Shown here: piece after piece, positions 50,577-61,716 of the stretch
Layout: every line of letters begins with the position of its first letter
How positions within the stretch are numbered: position 1 is the first letter of the stretch
Assembly: GCA_965153455.1 (NCBI GenBank)
Contig: OZ234493.1
Location: forward strand, 32,230,213 to 32,294,212
DNA length: 64,000 nucleotides
Direction: 5' to 3'
Source of the DNA: Sphagnum compactum
Lineage: Eukaryota
Position numbers and translations under genes: made by a program
Notes under the pieces: model-generated
Told to the model about the DNA's origin: nothing
What the model saw: the letters and a program-made list of their open reading frames with translations, nothing else
Database searches by the model: none

Positions 50577-50905
50577 CAAGGTGAACCAGCAGCAAGCAGG
50601 GACACTCTGGTATCTTCACATTCTTGAGTGAAGAAGCCTCTTAGTGGCTACATTTAATAACCGGGGAAATGTTGAATTTGGACTCTTCGACACTCTGGTA
50701 TCTTCACATTCTTGAGTGAAGAAGCCTCTTAGTGGCTACATTTAATAACCGGGGAAATGTTGAATTTGGACTCTTCGAAGGCCACATGTGGTCTAGTCTT
50801 AGTTAGGATGGGATATTTGCAGACTAGAAAAAAAAAAAAAAAAAAAAAAACCCTAATAATTTGGAGTGTTTAGCATAGTACCAATTTAGGTGCTGGTTCA
50901 CCTTG
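50577..50905. mobile_element. Small TIR element containing an 88-bp perfect tandem duplication
   Basis: 15-bp TIR CAAGGTGAACCAGCA/TGCTGGTTCACCTTG. 50601-50688 is identical to 50689-50776. No clear TSD. Confidence 0.7.
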
Positions 50906-51931
50906 ACCGCTAACCCACCTCGGGTGACCCAGTGGTTACATAAAATGGGTGGCGTATGCAATAAGTATGATTTGGCCTAATTGCCAGACTCACTCACTCA
51001 TGGTGCCATAAGGATGCATCCTACGATTGCAAGCCTGTCTTGGATTCTGCTAGAACTTGTTGTGCAAGTTGCATACGGGAGTGAGTACCTTATACGGTTT
51101 GGTACTTAGATGCAGAATGAATTTTTAAAAAAAAATTTTAAATAAAAAATCAAGTTTGACGATAAATAATAATATTTTTATAATTAAAATATTCAATTTG
51201 ATATTATTATGTTGGAAATAGAAATATTCGGCAATGGGTGAGTAGTGATCATTCCACTTAAATAAATGTCCACGAAAAGATCTCATCAAAATGAGAAGTA
51301 ACTTATTCGCATGATTTCTTTCCTTCGTCACAATCCTTGATTGCAAGCAACAAGGCCGCCTCCTCCACTTTATTCAACAACCGAAGTCATAGATAGCACA
51401 CATTTGGGTTGTTTTTAAGCATAAAAGAAGTCTTCTTAGTACACGTTTGAGAGTTGTTGCTAAGCATAATAAGTAGGTAAGCGACTAATCAATCACCTAC
51501 CTAATTAGATGCTGAAATAACAACAACGAACGCATAATAGAGAATGATAATACCCCTAAATAATACAATCCACCACAAAATTTGTCTCAAGTTCTCAAAT
51601 TTTTTTGCATGGACTCACAAATAATTTCCCTTGCCTTTCAAGGTTTGAGGGAGACAATTTCTTTTTAAAATCAACATTTTTAAAATAATAATAATAATAA
51701 TAATTTTAATTTATGTCGGAATGTGAAATGGTAATATGGTAGTGGGTAGAAATGTAGTAATAAGTTGTATGGTATCACACCTCTAGGATTGCGGAATAAG
51801 CCCCTATTTATTATGTAGGGAAGAAATTCATCCATTGGGGAATTGGTTTCTCAAAATTCATCCATTGGGGAATGTTCTGGTGATAAGAACTGAATTATGG
51901 CTTGCTGTAGGAAGAGGAAGCACCTCTGAAG

Positions 51932-52277
51932 CAGTGAGTTTTTTTGGGGGCAAATTTTCACCAAATTTTGACCTGAAAAAAAAAGATTTCAACCGATGAT
52001 TCTACAAAGGATTTTGTCGTGCAAAATTTTGCCAAAATTCACCAGATTTTGGTCATTTTTATTGTTTTTCAAATCACCAGACTTTTATTGGAAGTTCCAG
52101 TATATATTATAGAAGGATCATTACTCTTTCTTCATTTACTTTCATATCTGGTTTATAGCCATATTTGGCTATATCTTCTTTTGGTGATCACCACTTTGGC
52201 TACATTACAACATTGGATGGATTTTTATTTATTTTTTAAAAAATTTGGATGGATTTTTTTAATTTTTAAAAACACTG
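51932..52277. mobile_element. hAT-like MITE
   Basis: Termini CAGTG...CACTG and 8-bp TSD CTCTGAAG/CCCTGAAG (7/8). Confidence 0.8.
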
Positions 52278-52689
52278 CCCTGAAGCTTTTAGGCTGGTAT
52301 CTTGCAAGTAAAGAGTAGAAGATAAGTAGAGAAAATTGGTAGCACGTAACAAGGCTTAAAATTGAAGCCTCCTTGTCCTTGAGAGGAGGGGGACTTATCC
52401 TTCTAAACTCAAAGGCCGGCCCCAACACTAAATTCCTAAAGCACTCAGAGAATTTTCTTTCTGTAATTGGGTGGCACCTTAATCCATGAATATTCCTCAT
52501 AGAAAAGAAGAGGGGTCTTATTTCAACTCCCGAAGAGTAGTACAAAGATCTTGGATCCTTAATATTGAGAGACACATTCTATGCCTCCTTATAGGCATAA
52601 GATCCTTTGCACTCTTAAGTAAGCACGAGATCCCCCTCCTCCGTTTATTTTTGAGAGTAGGTGTATAAATAAACATTCCCCCACTATTA

Positions 52690-53727
52690 GGACGACTTTA
52701 GATGAGGGTCCAAGGTCCAGGGATCAATGAATTCGAGCAATCTTATTGGTTGAAAGCTTTAAATTGGTCCCAAGGCCTTTAGACGAGGGGGGCCCCAAGA
52801 CCAAAAAGTGGCAAATTGAGGCTAAACCTACAAAGCTTTAAATTGGTCCCAAGGCCTTTAGACGAGGGTCCCAAGACCAAAAAGTGGCAAATTGAGGCTA
52901 AACCTACAAAGCTTTAAATTGGTCCCAAGGCCTTTAGACGAGGGTCCCAAGACCAAAAAGTGGCAAATTGAGGCTAAACCTACAAAGCTTTCAATTGGTC
53001 CCAAGGCCTTTAGACGAGGGTCCCAAGACCAAAAAGTGGCAAATTGAGGCTAAACCTACAAAGCTTTCAATTGGTCCCAAGGCCTTTAGACGAGGGTCCC
53101 AAGACCAAAAAGTGGCAAATTGAGGCTAAACCTACAAAGCTTTCAATTGGTCCCAAGGCCTTTAGACGAGGGTCCCAAGACCAAAAAGTGGCAAATTGAG
53201 GCTAAACCTACAAAGCTTTAAATTGGTCCCAAGGCCTTTAGACGAGGGTCCCAAGACCAAAAAGTGGCAAATTGAGGCTAAACCTACAAAGCTTTCAATT
53301 GGTCCCAAGGCCTTTAGACGAGGGTCCCAAGACCAAAAAGTGGCAAATTGAGGCTAAACCTACAAAGCTTTCAATTGGTCCCAAGGCCTTTAGACGAGGG
53401 TCCCAAGACCAAAAAGTGGCAAATTGAGGCTAAACCTACAAAGCTTTCAATTGGTCCCAAGGCCTTTAGACGAGGGTCCCAAGACCAAAAAGTGGCAAAT
53501 TGAGGCTAAACCTACTATGGCACCTGTTTTGGAGGGAAAATCAATTGGTTCGGACCCAAAAAGAGTGCTGAAAGGAGAGCTCCTGATTTGGAGAACCAAG
53601 AATCAGGCTAGGGACTAAGGTATACATACATAGAGTCCAACTCAAGGATTCAATTTGCTTCAAACATAAAGTCCGAATTGGATCCTAGGAAATTGGACCC
53701 TGGACCCACCCGCGTCTAAAGTGGGCC
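52690..53727. mobile_element. Tourist-like MITE carrying a tandem array
   Basis: TIR GGACGACTTTAGA versus GGCCCACTTTAGA (11/13), extended by GGGTCCA(A/G)GGTCCA. TSD TTA/TTA. Confidence 0.78.
52753..53515. repeat. 10 x 76-bp near-perfect tandem array
   Basis: Unit AAAGCTTT(A/C)AATTGGTCCCAAGGCCTTTAGACGAGGGTCCCAAGACCAAAAAGTGGCAAATTGAGGCTAAACCTAC. Starts at 52753, 52832, 52908, 52984, 53060, 53136, 53212, 53288, 53364 and 53440. Confidence 0.97.
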
Positions 53728-54524
53728 TTAGGCCCTTGTGCTTTACAATGGGTTAAACCCTAAGCTAGAGCCCCATCGTAGGCCACTTATTTTGGGAATG
53801 ACCCCACTCTAGGGCTTTACCCTACATCTTCAGACATGAAGGGCACGACAACAATCCAATGAATCAATCTGAAATGCACTTAATTTAAAGGTCCCTTCAA
53901 TATAAGTGTAAATAATATTATATAGACATAATTGTATGATACAACAACACTCTCAATTCTTATCCATACATCCAAGTCAATTTGTGTGGGAACTAAGAAG
54001 TGGGAATTGACTTGGACTTAATAGGTAGGTAGGTAGGTAGGTATTGACTTGGACTTAATAGGTAGATAGGTAGGTAGGTAGGTAGGTAGGGTGTTCTTAG
54101 GAAGTGCTATTAGTCCAGGCCAAAAATAGTGGCAGATAATTTAGGAATAGAATTTCCATGCAACCAATGAGAAGTGGCCTCATGGAATGAAGGGGCCTCT
54201 TTTTTTTTTGTCCTCCTTTTGTTGCATATGCTTTAGCAAATGTTGTCCTCCTTTCCTTTGCAACTAGTTGGGCCAAAGGGGAGGAACTCTATACTATACT
54301 TCAAAAAAGAACCTTCTACTTTGGGGAGATTTTTTTTTTTTTTTTTTTTGAGTGAAGAGCCAATCAAATTGGCTTATTGCAACCCCAGAAAAAAAATATT
54401 AATTAATTAATTAATTAAAAAAAATCTGAACTTGGGAGCCACCTCATCTAACATGAGTTAGATGAGTTAGTTGGTGGGTAAAAAAGAGGCTAACATGCAA
54501 GCTTGAGCTTGGCCATATCAACAC

Positions 54525-57496
54525 TCTACCAGCATTCTACACCTCCCAATAAGTGTTTTTTTTGCCTCCCTCCAACACTATTATTTCCAAAGAATATTCA
54601 TGTCATGGACATGAATGATGTGTGCCACTCATAAGATCACATCAAATAAAGGATCAAATGTGCAACCTTGCAAACCATATTTCATCATGTGGCCTCCTTT
54701 GGCATGAAAGGATCTTACTAGAGTAGATAGGTCAATATCCGAATACTCAAGCTCATAGAGAGCTTTAAATCCATGGACATAGCTATGTTGCTCTAGAGTT
54801 CAAAGAGGTATTGTGAACCTTCATTTGGTTCACCCATCAACAACGTGAAGATCACTCAAAATGGATCAAAAATGAAGAAGATAAAAGGTTTGAAATTAAT
54901 GTTTCAATTTGAAACAATTAATTTGTTTAGTTTGGTAAGGTAAGTGTTTGGAGCTTAAGATCCTTGGACATAGCTTGGTTGTCTCTAGAGTTCAAAGAGG
55001 GATGGTAGAGCTCAAGTTTTGTGCACTCATATCCTTTTGGATCATTCAAAACAAATAAGAAATGAGAAAAGTATGGGATCTAAAAGTTTTGGGAGAAGGA
55101 TGTAATGCATTTTTTTCAATCAGTTTTTGGTCTCAAGACAAGCTCACTCTTTTCCTACTTGTTCATTGCTTTGATGCCTCCATAATTCAAAGAGATATTT
55201 TAAACTTCCACTTGTTGCACCCGTAGCCAACAAGATCATTAGCAAAAAAAAAAAAAACAAGAAATGAGAAATACATGGATAAATGTTTAGTTACTAACTT
55301 GTGTTCAATGATGCGCATGTTTACCTTCTTGATTTTATTTTTCATTAGCAAAGGGATTAGGGTTCAAATTCATACAACCAATTCCTTTGTCTTTGAGTTC
55401 ATTGTGTGAAGGATGTCGTCATAAACTCTTTTTAATAATATTAAAGATGTTCTTTAATCATAGACGGAAACTTACCTTGTCTGTAGTAACATAATTACTA
55501 AGTATTGCACACCTCAACAAACTTGCAAAGTTGGAAAGTTACCCATGATCCATCTTGCAACAAATGTTGTTAACTTTCAAGCTTCAAGGATCAAGGCTTT
55601 GTATTGTTCACCTTAAAACTCCAACTAACAACAAATTCTTGAAAATATAAAACGTACACTATGATTTGAAATGCATCATGATAGGGGTGGCAAACGCAAC
55701 AACAATTGCTCAATTGAAATAGTGAAATCTATCAAAAAGAAGGCAACATCAATGTGAATAAAGGAGGACATTGTGTTAATTTGGCGTGAACCCTTGCATT
55801 TTATGTTGCAACATCTTAATTCCTCCATCTTGAACCATCTATGGTTCAAATGGTTCATAGAAATCAAGAATGTGGTTCTAGTGACCTGGATCTTATAGTT
55901 GTGGTGGATTTGGCAAAATATTTTTTACAAAATAAAAACTTACAATATGCATGTCACATGCCCCTTGGAAAGGAGCCTTTCTTTGAAAATTCACACAAAA
56001 AAACACTACTACCAAGGATGGAAAAAAGAAGGGAAATAGTCAAGATGATATTGACAAAGTTATGGTTAAATACATAATAGAATCAAAGGTTTTCAATATC
56101 TATATAAATAAAAGAATGTTCATGAAAATAATGGAATAGAAAAAAATACACATGTGCATTATATGAGTGTAATCAATAGTTGAATAATTGATTTGTAGGC
56201 ATTAAATGAAATTATTAATAAATCCATGTTACATATTTATTATGATAAGGATGCAATGACATCTATTTCAATAAGCATAAACAATATGACTAATGTTGTA
56301 TGCAACTATGTCAAACACATGAATATAATGAATAAGGGGTGTAAATACATTAACAAGAGCCACACATGACCCCTTGTGTGATTCTTTACATAGTGGGTTA
56401 ACAAATCAAGTTGATGCAAGGCAAAATTTGTTATAACCGGGTGATGCAATATAAATTTATAATTTAAAAAGTGACAAAAATCATCCATAACAAAACAACT
56501 ATCACACTTTGTTATCATGTAAAGGTTTATTTCAATCAAGCCAAGGTAAGGCTAATTTAAAACTTGTGATTTGCTTCAATTCAAAAATGGATAGCAAGAA
56601 GGACAATGAGATTCCAAGGAGCCAATTTGAAAAAGTGAAATGGCATAACCCTTTGGAAACAATTCAAAGGCTAATGTCAATGCAAAGCTTATGAAATATA
56701 TTCGCAAGATAATGGGATTGAAAAAAAATGAATAGGTGATAGGATTTTAAATTGGGAGGGGCAAAAGAAAATTGTAATGGGTATAAGACCAAAATTAGGA
56801 AAAAAGGATTAAATAGGCATTTTCCTAGATGGAAATGTTAAAATGAAATCAACCCAAAAAAAATTAAGATTTTTCATTTGATTATTGCCCCAAGCCAATG
56901 GACACGCATGTGCAGATTTTGGGTGCACCCATCCAATTGATGGGTTGTTTTGAAGTCTACCCATGTACTTGTTGGGTTTCTTTTCAAAATATGAATGTTG
57001 GGTAACTAATTTAATCATGCTTCAATATCATTTTTTCTTTTGGGTTGTCACTTGCCTTTTTGTAACATGAGGTTTCATATATTATGAAATGTAAAAAACA
57101 ATTCATAGGATTAATTTTTTAAATGATTTTTTAAATAAGCATATAAATTATTAACTTCAATTCTTTTGAATCTTATTCAAAAATGAGATTCTTAGAAAAC
57201 TTTGATTTGAAAGTTTATGCAACAATTGATTAGAATAAAACATGACAATTTTAAAATAAATTAAAATTTTAATATATATTTTTTGAGATTTAAATTTTTT
57301 TTAATTTGATGTTATTTTAAATACTGCAATAAGGCTTTGATGAAGATTTAATTACAAAAATCATAATGAAATTAATTTTTAATTGATTATTTTTTTTGTA
57401 TTGATGTTTCCTTTTATGTTATTATTGCCCTAAGATAATAGACATGCATGTATGATTTTAGCTTTTATCAAGCATGCATAGGGCCAACACAACTAG
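54525..57496 (+). mobile_element. Possible degenerate Helitron-like element
   Basis: 5' TCTAC..., 3' ...CACAACTAG|T, and ~190-bp internal direct repeats (54774, 54965). No recognisable Rep/helicase ORF and no clean 3' hairpin. Confidence 0.3.
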
Positions 57497-60400
57497 TTTA
57501 TGGATGTACTTGGGGCAAAAATGGTTTTACAAACGATGGGAGATCAAATAAATAAGGAGAGATTGGTATTAGGAGTAGTTGCGATGAAAGAATATCAAAG
57601 ATGAAGGCAATCTTGCCAAGAAGAAAATGGTTTTCATAGAAAAGAAAAAGGTAATTTTCTGATGAAAGGAAAAACACAATTATTTTATCCTCGTATAATG
57701 AATGTCATTTAAATATAAACTAAATGCCTATAAGAAATAAGATAGAATATTTGGAAATCACCATGACATGAACCCTTAGATGTAAAACATGGGGCATGTA
57801 ACATGAATTAGGCTATGAAATTTCATTAAGATTCACAGAACAATTGCCCACATATGATGCTGGTATGGACTTGCTTACAAAGATCCTACAATGGTGGAAA
57901 GTCCATGCAAACCCAGCTCACGAAATTAATTCTAAAGGAGAGGGAAAGGAAAATATGGTTAAGAATATTACACAAGGCCATAAAATTTAAAAGAACACCC
58001 AAAAGAAGGGAGAGTATACATATACGTTAAGTGGAAGACATTCGACAACATACATAGCCATGCATGGAAAATAGAGACAAAGAAACAAAGTAGGTGAGTG
58101 ACATTAAGGGAGGGAAGAGATTATGGATACTATTCTTCATTCCAATTAGGTCCTATATTGATTTTTTGTGCAAGAACTAATTTGTGTAGAGGTATATAAA
58201 ACATCATGTACTCCTACTATCAAGTTAATGAAACATAAATCTAATTAAGATGTGGGTTGTATTTTAGCATTTTGTTCACTATGCTCCATCCAATAAGTCT
58301 TGTTGATCGTGAAAGATTATGTGTTATTATCAAGCTTAATAACCAAAGATCATTATTGTCATGCAATTTGTTGGCCTAATTGTATAAGAGTAGCCAAAAC
58401 CATGCCAAGTACTCGAAGGAAGGGGGGAAAAGCAAGTCACGATGGGCTAAAGTGAACCAATACCCATTAGCACACCATGCCGAATGGATGGTGCATGAGC
58501 ATGAAACATTTTTTCATTGTATTCCTAACCCATAGCTAATCATAGTGGTTAGCTATGTAATCTAACCATTCACATGCATCTAGTTACCCACCAACCACCA
58601 AGTGCTTTATATACTTTACTACATACATAGTAACCACAAATTATCTACCCACTAGTATGACACGGTTCTCTCTTTTTTCAAAGTAAGAACCGGCACGTAC
58701 GGTCGGGTATACATGTGGACCCCAAGTGGTCATTTTATTTCCTAAAATCAAAGACCCGGTTCTGACCAATGTTGGGACTCGGGAGGGTAAGTGTAGATAC
58801 ACATATACCCACCATTTAAAGTAGTGTAAATGAAAATGATTTACACTTACATGAACATGCTTTGGAATTTACATTTACCGAGCTTGCATGGTGTGTGTGT
58901 GTGTGTGTGTAAGTGCTTTCTTTTATATTTACACGGGGATGTGTAAAAAAATAATCATTTACATTTCCATGACCACATGTAAATTCTTTTGCCAGGGTAA
59001 ATGTGAATGAATTATATTTTTGAAAAAGAAGTCCTATTTTACGAGATTTTAGCCCGCATCTGAAGTTGGGTACTTGGCTTAACGTGTTTGATGGGGGAAG
59101 ATCCACCACAAAACCCATTTCAACAAGTTCAAATGTAGGAAAATCTGGCCTCAGCACAACTTGAAATAACATGGGATTATGTAATTCTGACAAAAAAATC
59201 AGCCTACCAAGTGTTAAGGTAGTTTTGCCCTAGGTTGGCTCTTAGGTGTAATAGGTATAAGCCATAAGCCTTAATATAAGGATTTGGGGTTAGAGTTTAA
59301 GGACTTGGGTCCAAGCTCCCATTGTTGTAGTTTGTTGGGTCCTATCCCTACTAGGGACATGGATTGTCAAATTTGGTCCTGGTTGCCTTAAATTATTAAT
59401 TTTCACATTGTGAGAACTTGAGATATTCTAGTTTTCTTAAGGCTTCTTCACATTGGCAATGGTTAATACATCGGGGTTTGGGTCTTTTCACACTGGTGGA
59501 GGGACTGGAGTTCTATAATGTTTAGGTTTAGGGTTGCAAAGGTCTGGTGGTAGTGATATTTTTGGGTTGAATAGTGAGGAGGGAGGGGACCATTGGGGAA
59601 AGTATAATATTTTTTATTGTTACAATCAACACAAAAAAATGATATTAGAGTTATCTCTAAAGTCACCCTCATCACCCGCTCTGTCACCCCCTATCCCCTC
59701 TTTCAGTGGTATCTGCAAAGTAAGGAAATAATTCGATTAAATCTCAGTATGAATGCTGAATCTCAGCATTTAATGCACAAGGTTCGAGAGTAGTTATAGC
59801 AGTTGTACAAGTAGGAGCAGTGAGTGAAAATACATGTAGCAGCTGTGGAGGCGCTCAGGAAAAAGGAAGAAAAGAGGGGATGAAACTTGGTTTACCACCA
59901 AAATTGGTGGAAAAACTAGTTTGGGTCCCAGTTATTTTGTTCTCCTCCCAGTTACGCATTTGATGCCCTATTATGCCAAAATTGGCCGTTCTCGCCCCCT
60001 AATCGCCTTCGCCTGACTGTACCACGGTTAACTTTACTATCCGAAAAGACTATTTCTTTATATGAACCATCATCTATCACAAAGCATCATCATGCTGAAT
60101 TTGTGTCCCTAGCATCTAATAAAAAGCACACAACAAACATTACATGCAATTGCAATATATTAAACCATTCAAACCCATCAACAGGTTCTTTCAATTTTAC
60201 ACTAGCAACAAACAAAGTAGAGAAAAATACCCAAAGATTGATTGTCCAACAACTATAACAAGGGGTGGTGCGTCGCATTGTGGCCTTGCCATTTACATTA
60301 AAAAGTATCTTAAGGCAAAAGAAGAAGAATTATGGAAACTTACTCAAATTATTTTCACCATAACAAAAATATATAATCTTCAAAAAAATCCTCTAAAAGA

Positions 60401-60849
60401 AACCAAAATCATTCAAGATATTATTATAACTCTAATGATAACTAATATCTCAAGTTCAACACAAGCCAAAATATCTATCATGTTTCAAAAATCCTCATAT
60501 AAAAACAAATAGACCTATTATTATTACCTAGTAGGGGCCTATAAAAAATCCCTTAAGCTACTATACTCTATACATGAATCTAAACACAATATCCTTAAGG
60601 GCCTTGGTAGGTAAGGGTCAATAAATGGGAATTTTGACATAAACATTTATGTGCGGAAAGCAAACATGTTTTATACTATTCATTCATCCACATTCATCTA
60701 CCTACCCACCTAGCAGCCATACCTTGTTGTATTATGTGCAGATTCTGGTTCTTTCTCTCACACCACAGGCTTCTTTGTACCTGCCAGCATCAAATTATGG
60801 TCTGGGTGGAGCCCATTCCAGTGCATAACCAGCCGGCTGGTGTAGATTC

Positions 60850-61380
60850 TTCCACACTCAACTTCTGGGACCTGGACAACACTGAACGTTTTTGCCACAG
60901 AATTCGGCACTACAATCTAAAATCACATAATCGGCACTCAAAATATCTTGCGACCTGGGAAGGAAAAAAAAAACTGATTCTGCCACAGAATCGATACTAC
61001 TAGTTTCTGCCACAGAATCGGCACTATAATCAAATCACATAATCGACACTCAATTTCTGGGACCTGGACCAAAAAAAACCGACGCTGCCACAGAATTGGA
61101 CGCACTATGACATCTAATCACAGAATTCGGCACTCAAATTCTGGGGACCTGGGAAAAATCGATTCTGCCACAGAATCGGTACTATTTTCTGCCATAGAAT
61201 TGGCACCATAATCAAATCACATAATTGACACTCAACGCTGCTACAGAATTGGGCACTAATAAAATCAAAGCACATAATCGGGGACTCAAATTCTGGGCGC
61301 TGGGAAAAATGGATTCTGTCGCAGAATCGGTACTACATTCTGCCACAGATTCGGCACTAGATTCTGCCTCACTAGAATCA
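60850..61380. repeat. Cluster of TGCCACAGAAT(C)GG(C/T)ACT motifs with higher-order repetition
   Basis: About 9 copies interleaved with ACTCAA(A/C)TTCTGGG(A/G)CCTGG blocks. Confidence 0.8.
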
Positions 61381-61716
61381 GGGCCGGTGGGGGGGAGGCA
61401 GGTCCAGTTAAGAGAGAGATATTTGTACCCGGGCCTGCCCGTGCAAGGCGGGTTGTGGGCCAGGGGCTTTTCACACTAGAGTCCAGAAGCAAAAGGGCGT
61501 AAAGTACTGGTACTGGACCTGGTACACTTAGAGTGGTTTTTGTCCACGTGCAAAATGGCTTCTGGCTATGGCGCTCAAGAAAACCGAGAGGGATTCAGAA
61601 GAGTAAAAAGTCTTGTGTTGTTGGCGGAGCAGATTTTCCTCTCACACTTGTTGACAAGCAAATAAGGACGAGATCAAGACACTAGAGAAGTTACAGGAAT
61701 TTATAACGCCCATTTT

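Noticed and set aside
52753..53515. CRISPR array
   Set aside because: The units are identical end to end with no unique spacers, there are no cas genes, and the context is eukaryotic.
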